Assembly: GCA_965199715.1 (NCBI GenBank)
Contig: OZ241322.1
Span: 1,097,226-1,161,225 of the forward strand
Length of the DNA stretch: 64,000 nt
DNA from: Vicinamibacteria bacterium
GTDB taxonomy: Bacteria > Acidobacteriota > Vicinamibacteria > Marinacidobacterales > Marinacidobacteraceae
Reading direction: 5' to 3'
This document shows positions 1-8,601 of this stretch, piece after piece. Below the pieces are notes generated by a model. That model was given only the letters and a program-made list of their open reading frames with translations, ran no database searches and was not told the origin of the DNA. Numbering within the stretch: position 1 is the first letter of the stretch; each line of letters begins with the position of its first letter. The translations under genes were made by a program, and so were the position numbers.

Positions 1-5
1 CGGCG

Positions 6-713
6 ATGACCCGGGACGGCGGCGACTGGACCGTCACCGAGCCGTTCCGGCTGCGCGCCGATCCGTTCTCGGCGGCGCAACTCGCCGCGAACCTCCTCGA
101 CCTGCGGATGACCGCGCTCGCCCAAGGGGACGGCGACTTCGGATTCGCGACGCCCCGGCTCGCCGCGGAGATCACGCTGGCCCGGGGCGAGGAGGTCGAG
201 GCCCGGACCGTGGTCTTCGGCGCGGACCGGCCGCCAGGGGTGTTCGCGAGGGTGGAGGGCGATCCGCTCGTGTTCGTCGTGGCCGAAGAACCGGTGGAAG
301 CGCTCGAGGAGGCGGCGCGCGACGGCCTCGAGTCGGTCCGCTCGCTGCGGCTCTTCGGGTTTTCGGTGTGGGACGTGGACGAGGCCCGCTTCGGCGAGAC
401 CGAGTTCGCGCGCAGCGAGACCGCCGAGGGAACCGAGTGGACGCTGGGCGGCGAGCCGGTGGACGCGAGCGCGGTGGAGGATCTGCTCTACCGGCTCAAC
501 TCGACCGACGCCGACGCGGTCGGCGACGAACCCGGCGACAGCGAGCCCGACTGGGTGCTGCGCGTCGGCGACGAGGAGGTGACGGTGCGCGTGGGCGAGG
601 ACGAGGTCCTGGCGCACCGGGCGGGCGACGAGCGGACGCTCGCGCTGTCGCGGGCGACGTGGGACGGAATCGTGGGGTTGCTGGAGGCCGCGTCCCGCCC
701 GGCGGAGGAGTAG
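6..713 (+). CDS. hypothetical protein, acidic Ala/Glu-rich (DUF4340-like region); probably 5'-truncated by window edge
   Basis: ORF 6..713 with protein-like composition; no catalytic motif recognised; convergent with 721..1113. Confidence 0.4.
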   Translation: MTRDGGDWTVTEPFRLRADPFSAAQLAANLLDLRMTALAQGDGDFGFATPRLAAEITLARGEEVEARTVVFGADRPPGVFARVEGDPLVFVVAEEPVEALEEAARDGLESVRSLRLFGFSVWDVDEARFGETEFARSETAEGTEWTLGGEPVDASAVEDLLYRLNSTDADAVGDEPGDSEPDWVLRVGDEEVTVRVGEDEVLAHRAGDERTLALSRATWDGIVGLLEAASRPAEE

Positions 714-720
714 GCGGGGG

Positions 721-1113
721 TCAGACCGGCGGGAAGAGGATCCGGCGAAATGTCGCGGTCGCGTAGCGGGTCGCCTCGTAGCGCTGGATCTGCTGCTGCG
801 CGAGATCGAGACGGTCAGCGAGGTCTTTCCGGCTCAGGCCGGCGGCGATCCGCGCCTTGTCGAGGGCGTCCCCGAATTCCGCGAGCGAGCTCGTCGGAAT
901 CCGCCCGAGGTTGGCGGAGCCGAGGCCCTCGTGCTCGCCCAGCTCCCTTCGAAGGTCGGCCGGAACGCTCTCCATTCCCTCGCCTTCGGCTCGCAGCCAC
1001 CGCGGATGGACGTCGGCGCGCTCGGGGGCGAAGGCGTGGAACTCCCGGATCGCCCGCTCGATCCGCCGCGCTTGGGTCCGGGTGATCCAGTACTGGCGCT
1101 GGTTCGCGATCAC
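721..1113 (-). CDS. XRE-family HTH transcriptional regulator with C-terminal HTH (HigA/MqsA-like antitoxin-type architecture, no Zn-Cys cluster)
   Basis: C-terminal LSRKDLADRLDLAQQQIQRYE matches HTH_XRE helix-turn-helix; GTG start with GGAGGG ~5 nt upstream; transcribed divergently from res-mod operon. Confidence 0.6.
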   Translation of the reverse strand: MIANQRQYWITRTQARRIERAIREFHAFAPERADVHPRWLRAEGEGMESVPADLRRELGEHEGLGSANLGRIPTSSLAEFGDALDKARIAAGLSRKDLADRLDLAQQQIQRYEATRYATATFRRILFPPV

Positions 1114-1463
1114 GAGACGCCCTCCAGTCGGACGCGCACGACGCCCGACGAATGCAGGTGCGCCGACGACGGCGAGCGCAGTTTGCTGGCCGGTCAGGCT
1201 CGCCCGCAGGTCGTCGGCGCCGATGCGCGGGCGCCCGGGGCGTTCGGCCGGTCGAATCTGGCTCTCGTAATGGGCGGCCTCGCGACCGCCTTCGAATACC
1301 CGGTAGCGAACCTCCGCGTCACCGGTCGCGACGGCGATGATCGCGACGACGACTTCGGGCCTGGCGCGGAGCGTCGGGCATGGGAATCCGCGGGAGGTTA
1401 TCCGAGAGATCGGACATTTTCCGTCACGCTTTCCAAGAAACGGCTGGTAACCTCGCGCCCCGC

Positions 1464-4448
1464 ATGGACAGTCCGGTCAAGGAGCACCACGAGCTACAGC
1501 CGATCCTCCACTCCCCCTACGACGAGCCCGACCGGCACTGGAAGCTGGTCGATCACCAGACGACCGGGGACATCGTCGATCGCCGCCGGCCCGCCGAGGA
1601 GCGCGCCCCGACCCGGCGGCGCCGGCAGAAGGCGCTGCTCGGGGACGACCAGGTGGGCGAGACCGGAACGACGCCCAGCCCCATCGACAACTTGCGCGCG
1701 GAGGTTCGAGAGTGGCGCCGCGCGCAGTGGCCGGGGGTCACCGGAAACACCCGCCGGCTGCTCGAGTACTGGGCGCGTCCGCCGGGCGAAGGGGCGTACC
1801 ACAGCCCCTTCTTCGCCCAGCGCGAGGCCGTCGAGACGGTCGTGTACCTCACCGAGGCAGCCGACTCGAACCATGAGTGCGTGCGGCGCCTGAAGAAGCT
1901 CGGCGACGACTGGAGCGGGGGCCTCACCCGGCTCGCGATCCGCATGGCCACCGGCACCGGCAAGACCACGGTCATGGCGATGCTGATCGCCTGGTACGCG
2001 GTCAACCGCCGCGCGGAGCACCGGGCGGGACGCGGACTCGCGCGCAACGTCGGCATCCTCGTCGTCATCGCCCCCGGCCGGACGATCTCGGGCCAACTTC
2101 GCCGCCGGCTCGACCCGCGCCGCGGCGACAGCCTGTACGACTCGGGCCGCCTGCTGCCGCGGGATCTGCGGCCCCGGCTCAACAACCTCCGGGTGACCGT
2201 CCTGAACTTCGAGAAGCTCCGGCCCCGCCCGGCCGTGGGACTGCGCTCCATCGAGATCGAGGGCAAGGAGGCCATCGGCTGGGCGCGGGCCGAGGAGACG
2301 GCCGAAGTCCCCGAGACCTACGACCAGCTCTGGGACCGGCTGCTCGGCCGCGTGGACCCGCGGCACGGCGACCGGGTCGTGGTCCTGAACGACGAGGCCC
2401 ACCACTGCTGGGAGCGCAAGGCGGGCGCGAAGAAGCGGCGCGACGGCAGCGACCAGGGGGTCTGGATGGAGGCCATCCACGCGCTGGACGACCACCCGCG
2501 GTTCCGCGTCGCGCAGGCCATCGACCTGAGCGCCACGCCGTTCTTCATCGACCCGGCCAACACCCACGTTCCCCCGGACACGAGGATCCCGCGGCGGGAT
2601 CCGCTGGTTCCGTGGATCGTGAGCGAGTTCGCGCTCACCGAGTCCATGGAGGCCGGCCTCGTCACGATCCCCACCCCGCCGCGGAAGACCGACGCCGCGG
2701 AGCCGGACGCGCTCCAGAACCTGTACGAGGACAACGGCGGCCGCAGCCTCGACTCCGCCGCGAACCGGAAGAAGGTGCTGAACGCGGCGCGCCTGCTCTA
2801 CTCCGACTACGAGGCCACTTTCAGGGCGTGGAAGGAGCAGGGCGACCCCTCGATCGGGCGTCCGGTGCTCATCGTCATCGTGAACTCGAAGAAGAACGCG
2901 CGGGCGATGCTCGACATGCTGGGCGGCGCCCGCCGGGGGACCGAGGACGCCTGGGACATGCCGTCGGGGTTCGATCTGCTCTCCAACGTGCCCCACAACG
3001 GCGCGACCGAGCAGGAGTGCCTCGCGCGGCCCGCCCGGACCATCCTCGTGTACAGCAAGGGCCAGGGCGCGGTCGAGAAGAGCGCCGACAGCCGCTTCGA
3101 CCAGGGCGCGATCGGCGTCGAGGAGGTCAAGGACAGTCGCAAGCTGGAGGAGATCCTGCAGACGGTCGCCGAGCCGGGCCGCCCCGGCCAGCACGTGCGC
3201 TGCGTCGTGAGCATCGGCATGCTGACGGAGGGCTGGGACTGCCAGCGGGTCACCCACATCCTCGGCTACCGCAAGTTCGGCAGCCAGTTGCTGTGCGAGC
3301 AGACCACCGGGCGGGCGCTGCGGCGCCACGACTACGAGAACCGGATCGAGGTTCGCCGAAGCGACGACGGGAACGTGACCGAGCGGTTCGAGGCGACGTA
3401 CGCGACGGTGCTGGGCGTGCCGTTCAAGAACTTCGGCCCGCCGCCGGGGCCGACCCCCGGAGTCGTCAAGCCGCGCCGCACGGTCCGCGCGGTCGAGGAG
3501 CGCCGGATCAGCCATCGCATCCGGGTTCCCGACCTGTGCGACTACAAGCTCGTCCACGACACGCCGACGATCAAGCTGGATCCCGACCGGGTGGGCGCGG
3601 CCAAGCTGGCCTCGAGCGGCGACCGGATCGAGATCACCTGGGCGAAGTGCCGCGGGCCGTTCGGCAAGGAGCGCGTGCTCAAGGCGGCTCCCGCCGGACG
3701 GCCGGACGCGGGGGCGTGGAAGCTGGCCGCCGATCTCGCGACCTGGCTCACGAGGCGTCGGAGCGACGACCTGCGCAGCGGCCGCCTCTTCGCGTCCTGC
3801 CTCGTCGCCGTGAGGGCGTGGCTCGCCCACGGGAAGGTCGAATGCGAGCGGCCCGAGGCGCTTCTCCACGACGACGTCCGGCAGGAGGCGCTCCACCAGA
3901 TCCTGCACGCGGTCGTGGACGACCGCGACGCGCCGATCCAGAAGGTCGGAATCGCGACCGACCCCAAGGCGCTGCGCCGCTCGGCGGGCGACTGGGGGCC
4001 GTTCCAGACCACGCTGACCAACGTCGCGGAGGTCGGCAACTCGGAACTCGACCTCGCCGCCTGCCACAACCATTTCGAGACCAGGATCGTGCGAGCGCTC
4101 GACAAGCACCCCAGGGTCGCCGCGGTCGTGCGCAACCACGGCCCCGAGCGGTTCGAGATCCCATACCGCAGCGGCGGACGGTGGGCGCGGTACGTCCCTG
4201 ACTTCATCGTCCGCGCCGAGCCGATCGACGGGGTCACGCCGCACCTGATCGTCGAGGGCAAGGGGCCGCGGGACGGAAAGGCGGCGGACAAGGCGGCGTG
4301 GACGAGGGAGTGGTGGGTTCCCGCCGCGAATCACGCCGCCCGCGACGAGGGCGAGCCGGAGGCCCGATGGGGCTATCTCGAGATCCGATCGCTCGAACGT
4401 CTCGACCAGCAGATCGAGGCGGGCGTCCGGAGGACCGCAGCGTCATGA
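1464..4448 (+). CDS. res: Type III restriction enzyme Res subunit (SF2 helicase + PD-(D/E)xK endonuclease)
   Basis: Walker A MATGTGKTT, DEAH box VLNDEAHHCW, C-terminal nuclease motif VPDFIV...LIVEGKG; ~994 aa from internal ATG 1464 (track ORF starts at 1380 in same frame); stop overlaps mod start (ATGA). Confidence 0.8.
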   Translation: MDSPVKEHHELQPILHSPYDEPDRHWKLVDHQTTGDIVDRRRPAEERAPTRRRRQKALLGDDQVGETGTTPSPIDNLRAEVREWRRAQWPGVTGNTRRLLEYWARPPGEGAYHSPFFAQREAVETVVYLTEAADSNHECVRRLKKLGDDWSGGLTRLAIRMATGTGKTTVMAMLIAWYAVNRRAEHRAGRGLARNVGILVVIAPGRTISGQLRRRLDPRRGDSLYDSGRLLPRDLRPRLNNLRVTVLNFEKLRPRPAVGLRSIEIEGKEAIGWARAEETAEVPETYDQLWDRLLGRVDPRHGDRVVVLNDEAHHCWERKAGAKKRRDGSDQGVWMEAIHALDDHPRFRVAQAIDLSATPFFIDPANTHVPPDTRIPRRDPLVPWIVSEFALTESMEAGLVTIPTPPRKTDAAEPDALQNLYEDNGGRSLDSAANRKKVLNAARLLYSDYEATFRAWKEQGDPSIGRPVLIVIVNSKKNARAMLDMLGGARRGTEDAWDMPSGFDLLSNVPHNGATEQECLARPARTILVYSKGQGAVEKSADSRFDQGAIGVEEVKDSRKLEEILQTVAEPGRPGQHVRCVVSIGMLTEGWDCQRVTHILGYRKFGSQLLCEQTTGRALRRHDYENRIEVRRSDDGNVTERFEATYATVLGVPFKNFGPPPGPTPGVVKPRRTVRAVEERRISHRIRVPDLCDYKLVHDTPTIKLDPDRVGAAKLASSGDRIEITWAKCRGPFGKERVLKAAPAGRPDAGAWKLAADLATWLTRRRSDDLRSGRLFASCLVAVRAWLAHGKVECERPEALLHDDVRQEALHQILHAVVDDRDAPIQKVGIATDPKALRRSAGDWGPFQTTLTNVAEVGNSELDLAACHNHFETRIVRALDKHPRVAAVVRNHGPERFEIPYRSGGRWARYVPDFIVRAEPIDGVTPHLIVEGKGPRDGKAADKAAWTREWWVPAANHAARDEGEPEARWGYLEIRSLERLDQQIEAGVRRTAAS

Positions 4449-5299
4449 GCAAGACCCCGGACGCCTGGGAGCACGGCGGCAAGCGCCCGAACAACCCCAC
4501 CCAGGAAATCGTGGAGACCGCGAAGCCGCGGCGGAGCCGCCAGCACGCGAAGGACGTCCGGGCGCGCAGCGACGCCGAGCCCACGCTGCGCTGGAAGCGC
4601 TCCCGCGAGACGAAGACCGCGGCCGCGCCGATGCTCATGCGGGCCGAGCAGATCGACCCCGAGGCGTGGGTCACGACCCTGAAGCGGGTGCGCGAGCAGG
4701 GCGACCTGTTCGCCCCGTTCAACGCCTTCCGGGAGCCCGGATCGGCGACGCTCGACTGGTACCAGCACGCCGGCAACTGGTCGAACCGGCTCATCCACGC
4801 CGACGCCCGGCGGGCGATGGCGTCGCTGCTGGAGCACGAGCACGCCGCCGGCTCGGTGCAGATGTGCTTCTTCGATCCGCCCTACGGCATGGACTTCGAC
4901 GCAAGGTTCGGCAACGACACGATCCAGCGGCGGGCGTTCGTGGACACCTACGAGAAGGGCGTCCACTCGTATCTCGACGGAATCCGCGAGACCGCGATCC
5001 TCGCCCGGGAGCTGCTGACCGAATCGGGCAGCCTGTTCATGCAGATCGGCGACGTGAACGTCCACCGCTGCGCGATGGTGCTGGACGAGGTGTTCGGGCC
5101 GGAGAACCGGGTGACGACGATCACGATGGCGACGACCGGCGGCGGCAGCAGCACCAAGTCGATCGCGAAGGCGGGCGACTACCTCCTCTGGTACGCGAAG
5201 GACCGCGAGGAAATGGCCTTCCAGGCGCTCTACGAGGAGCAGGACGTCGAGGCGTGGTGCGATGGCCAGACTTTTGCGGGGGGGGGGGGATTTCCCTGA
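4445..5299 (+). CDS. mod: Type III DNA methyltransferase Mod, N-terminal reading frame (motif IV DPPY); terminated by frameshift at G12 tract
   Basis: NRLIHADARRAMASLL / FFDPPYG / ESGSLFMQIGD / MVLDEVFGPENRVTTI / DYLLWYAKD are collinear with EcoP15I-type Mod N-terminus; TGA at 5297 is 8 nt after G12. Confidence 0.8.
   Translation: MSKTPDAWEHGGKRPNNPTQEIVETAKPRRSRQHAKDVRARSDAEPTLRWKRSRETKTAAAPMLMRAEQIDPEAWVTTLKRVREQGDLFAPFNAFREPGSATLDWYQHAGNWSNRLIHADARRAMASLLEHEHAAGSVQMCFFDPPYGMDFDARFGNDTIQRRAFVDTYEKGVHSYLDGIRETAILARELLTESGSLFMQIGDVNVHRCAMVLDEVFGPENRVTTITMATTGGGSSTKSIAKAGDYLLWYAKDREEMAFQALYEEQDVEAWCDGQTFAGGGGFP
5278..5289 (+). repeat. G12 homopolymeric tract inside mod coding sequence (candidate slipped-strand phase-variation site)
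   Basis: cttttgcGGGGGGGGGGGGatttccc read directly; the two mod reading frames switch exactly here. Confidence 0.9.
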
Positions 5300-7022
5300 T
5301 GGAACGCGTCGAGCGCTGAGGCCCGAGGAGCGGCGAGACCCAAAGCGGAATCTCCCGGAAGGCACTGTCCTTTGGGCGATGCGAACGTTGTTGTCGCAGG
5401 GGCCTTCCAGCGGCGAACAGGGCCAACCGTTCACGTGGAACGGAATTCAGTTCGGCCCGCGAGGACTCGAAAAGGACCAGTGGCGTGTGGATCGCGCCGG
5501 CCTCGAGGCCCTCGCCACTGCAGATCGCTTCTGGACAGCGGTGAAGCCAGGGACCCAGACGGCGCGAGCCGCTCAACTCCAGCTACGGATTCTTAGGTCG
5601 GAAATGGCGGGCCGACGCCTCAACAACGTCTGGGCCCGGCAGATCGCCGCGACCGACAAGCGTTATCCCGTCCAGACGGGGGATCTCGCCATCCAGCGCT
5701 GCATGCTGATGACGACCAAGCCGGGCGACCTCGTGCTCGATCCGACCGGTGGCAGCGGCACGACGGCGGTGGTCGCCGAGGAGTGGGGCCGGCGCTGGAT
5801 CGCGATCGACAGTTCCCGGGAGAGCCTCGCCGTCGCCCGGGAGCGCGTGCTCGTGCGCGAGTACCCGGCGCATCTCCTGATCGGAAGCGCCGCCGGGTTC
5901 GCCCGGGAGAACGCGCTGCGCCACGCCGCGGGTCAGGAGCCGCTCGCCGGGCGGCCCCACGGCTCCCGCGATCCCGCCACCGGGATCGTCGTGGGCCGGA
6001 CGCCCTACGTGAGCGCCGCCACGCTCGCCTACCGGGACCGGCCCGACAAGGCCCGAACGCGCGACGTCACGTGGTTCGCGGACCGTCCCGACGGCGGCAA
6101 GAAGGGCGGCCGGATCGCGAGCCGGTTCACCGTCGAGACCGAGCACCTCGAGCAATACCGCAGCCCCGAGGAGCTTCTCAGCCCCCGCGAGCGGCGTCGG
6201 CAGGCGGACTGGAACGAGCGCGTCCTGCGCATGCTCGGCGACAAGGGCGTCGGCTCGAACGAGGGAACCCGCTGGACGCTCGAGGACATCGAGAACGTCG
6301 CCGACCGGCAACCCGAGAGCCGCCCCGGCGCGATCAGCCACCGCTGCCGTCTGATCGACCACGCCACCGGCGCGGCGAAGGACTGCGTCATCGCCATCTG
6401 GCCGCAGGACGCCAAGGTCGGCGTGGGCAACATCCAGCGCAACGTCCGCGAGGCGATCAGCCAGCACGTCGGCGGCGACGACCTCGCGCTGATCGTCGTG
6501 GGCGCGGAGATCGACGGCGGCTCGCACCAGTCGCTCGACGGCGGCCGGTGGCAAATCCCCGTCGCCCGCATCGAGGCGGGGGCCGAGCTGCATCTGAAGG
6601 AGACCCGGCGCAAGGCCGGCGACTCCGAGTCGGCGCTGCTTCTGGTCGCGGAGCCGGACGTGGAGGTCGAGGACGCCGGCGACGGGAAGCGCCGGGTCGC
6701 CGTCAAGGGCTGGCACCAGTTCAACCCGGTGACCGGCGAGTCGGACTTCTACGCCGCCGACCACATCCGCATGTGGCTGCTGGACACCGACTACAACGGG
6801 ACCGAATTCTGCGCCCGCCGCATCCACCTAAGCGCGAAGCTGCGCGCGAAGGAGAACCGGAAGGTGCTCCAGAGGGTCCTCGGGCGCAAGGGCGACCCGG
6901 ACGCGATCCGCGCGGTGTTCGGCTCCCGCAGCGAACCGTTCCCCGCGCCCGAGCAGGGCGAGATCGCCGTGCGCCTGATCGTCGGGAACGGGAGCGTCCT
7001 GAGCTGGCACGGCCCGGCTTAG
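5289..7022 (+). CDS. mod: Type III Mod continuation in +1 frame (AdoMet motif I and ~400-aa C-terminal extension)
   Basis: PGDLVLDPTGGSGTTAVV = motif I (FxGxG) of beta-class N6A/N4C MTase; frame is restored with mod N-part if G tract is 11 or 14 instead of 12. Confidence 0.75.
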   Translation, partial: DFPDGTRRALRPEERRDPKRNLPEGTVLWAMRTLLSQGPSSGEQGQPFTWNGIQFGPRGLEKDQWRVDRAGLEALATADRFWTAVKPGTQTARAAQLQLRILRSEMAGRRLNNVWARQIAATDKRYPVQTGDLAIQRCMLMTTKPGDLVLDPTGGSGTTAVVAEEWGRRWIAIDSSRESLAVARERVLVREYPAHLLIGSAAGFARENALRHAAGQEPLAGRPHGSRDPATGIVVGRTPYVSAATLAYRDRPDKARTRDVTWFADRPDGGKKGGRIASRFTVETEHLEQYRSPEELLSPRERRRQADWNERVLRMLGDKGVGSNEGTRWTLEDIENVADRQPESRPGAISHRCRLIDHATGAAKDCVIAIWPQDAKVGVGNIQRNVREAISQHVGGDDLALIVVGAEIDGGSHQSLDGGRWQIPVARIEAGAELHLKETRRKAGDSESALLLVAEPDVEVEDAGDGKRRVAVKGWHQFNPVTGESDFYAADHIRMWLLDTDYNGTEFCARRIHLSAKLRAKENRKVLQRVLGRKGDPDAIRAVFGSRSEPFPAPEQGEIAVRLIVGNGSVLSWHGPA

Positions 7023-7057
7023 GGCCGGGAGCCTCGCCGCCCTTCTTCACGCCTACA

Positions 7058-7063
7058 GTTTGA
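7058..7063 (+). promoter_or_regulatory. TTGACA -35-like hexamer upstream of three-gene operon (no convincing -10 found)
   Basis: exact TTGACA in intergenic 7023..7084, rare in this GC-rich background. Confidence 0.2.
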
Positions 7064-7084
7064 CAATCCGGGTAACCTTCCGGT

Positions 7085-7831
7085 GTGGCTGCGACGACGC
7101 GAAGCTTCCAAGGCGGCGCAGTGACGGACCCGGCCCGCCCCGTCGACGACAGCGGCTCTGGATTCGAACTCATTGAGCTGTCAGTGGTTTTCGCAACCAC
7201 GTCGAACAACCCGTCAATCATCAATCCGGATTTTCTCGCTCGCGCCGGAATCGTGGGCGAGGACTCGCCACTTAGCGGTGACCCCATCACTACTCCGGTG
7301 TTCTCACTGGTGAAGTACCAAACAGGCCTCGCCGTGCAAGCCGATCCTGAACGGGTCGTGTTGACGGAATCCCCGAATACTGGGAACCGGGTTGGCGCCC
7401 GGTGCGCACGGATGGCGTCGACATACGCGCAGGCGGTCCCGCACGTGGCGTACCGAGGAATCGGCGTCAATCCGAAGTTCTTTTTCCACCTCGTCCCGAC
7501 AGTTCAGGCGGAGATGGCCCGACTGCTGCATGAGCGCGGCGGTTGGCTGGAGTTCAAGGATTGCGAACCCACGGTGCAGCTCAAGGCGGTTTACGCACTC
7601 GACGCTCGCCAGATCACTGTCGATGCGAGCGCCGCCACAAGACGCTTGGGGCAAGGGGCCGAGCAGCGCGGTTTGCTAGTCCAGTGCAACGTGCACCGGG
7701 AGCTCACCGGTGACGCCGAGGAGCGGGCAGACGCCATGGCAACGATTCTTGAGCGGTGGGAGCGCGACATGAAGGACTGCCGAGAAGTGGCGCGGCGCTT
7801 CGCCGGTCGCCTTCAGCAGGAGGCCCAGTGA
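7085..7831 (+). CDS. hypothetical protein A (no recognisable domain), first gene of coupled A-B-C operon; alternative GTG start near 7121
   Basis: 248-aa ORF in lower-GC island; protein-like composition; stop overlaps B start (GTGA). Confidence 0.5.
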   Translation: MAATTRSFQGGAVTDPARPVDDSGSGFELIELSVVFATTSNNPSIINPDFLARAGIVGEDSPLSGDPITTPVFSLVKYQTGLAVQADPERVVLTESPNTGNRVGARCARMASTYAQAVPHVAYRGIGVNPKFFFHLVPTVQAEMARLLHERGGWLEFKDCEPTVQLKAVYALDARQITVDASAATRRLGQGAEQRGLLVQCNVHRELTGDAEERADAMATILERWERDMKDCREVARRFAGRLQQEAQ

Positions 7832-8601
7832 ACGAGACGCCGCTCCAGTCGCCAACGAAACGCCGACTGGTCGCAACCACGGCTCTCCTGACGGGAGATT
7901 TCGGCGAACGCGCTGACGCGACCAGGCCGCCAAGCTTCCCTGAGGAGGCCTTCTTGGCGGCGGAGGTGCGTGTCCCCTACGTCGTGCGTGCCGACCGAGT
8001 CCTGGTGCGGCGGGGTGGGCAGAATGCGACTTCGAGTATGCATGAGAATTTTTGGGCGGGGCTCGTTTCGTCCGGCAGTGCCGTCGGCGAGTTCGATAGC
8101 CCACTGCGCGAGTTCCACACCAACACCCTGAAGCCGGCGTTGAACGTTCTCACGCTTCTGGCACTCGTCAAGGCAACCCAAGCCGAGCACACCCGCGGCA
8201 TGGCCGGAATGCCGGACGCCACCGCCGCTCCGGACGCGAACGCGGACCTGCGAGCCGCCCTGATCGACCTTGATGAAGCGTCGGACGAGGCGCGAGAGGA
8301 AGGGTTCCCAGCGCTTTCCGAGAGGGCTCTAGGCGACGCCAGACGCCTGCTGAAGGACCTCTACCGTATGCACCCTTGCCGACTTGAGGTCTATCCGACG
8401 CCCGATGCCGAGATCGCTCTCGTGGCGCCCGGCGGGGACGATAGATCCGTGATGGTGTTGTGCGCTTCGGATGGCGGCGCTCTATGCACAGTCAACATTG
8501 ACGGGAGACTCCGATACGCACGGTACCCAAGCGCCGCCAGGCTCCCGGACGGCTTTGTCCGTGAAGGCATGCGGGACTTGGTCCGAGCGAGATCGCATTG
8601 A
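7828..8601 (+). CDS. hypothetical protein B (no recognisable domain)
   Basis: GTG start overlapping A stop; 257 aa; stop overlaps C start (TTGA); track ORF 7756..8601 is the same frame extended upstream. Confidence 0.5.
   Translation: MNETPLQSPTKRRLVATTALLTGDFGERADATRPPSFPEEAFLAAEVRVPYVVRADRVLVRRGGQNATSSMHENFWAGLVSSGSAVGEFDSPLREFHTNTLKPALNVLTLLALVKATQAEHTRGMAGMPDATAAPDANADLRAALIDLDEASDEAREEGFPALSERALGDARRLLKDLYRMHPCRLEVYPTPDAEIALVAPGGDDRSVMVLCASDGGALCTVNIDGRLRYARYPSAARLPDGFVREGMRDLVRARSH

Noticed and set aside
1114-1463. Possible RelE/HigB-type toxin upstream of the 721..1113 HTH gene
   Set aside because: The only long open frame is the same frame as the HTH gene, has no ATG/GTG/TTG before 1113 and translates to non-protein-like sequence; other frames give <45 codons
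1494-4334. 946-aa minus-strand ORF (and 774-aa plus ORF 1877..4201) overlapping res
   Set aside because: Antisense/alternate-frame open frames typical of 70% GC; Arg/Pro/Gly-rich low-complexity translation, while the res frame carries clear helicase/nuclease motifs
5583-7063. ORFs 5583..6827(-) and 5783..7063(+) inside mod
   Set aside because: Overlap the motif-I-containing mod frame; Arg/Gly-rich artefacts
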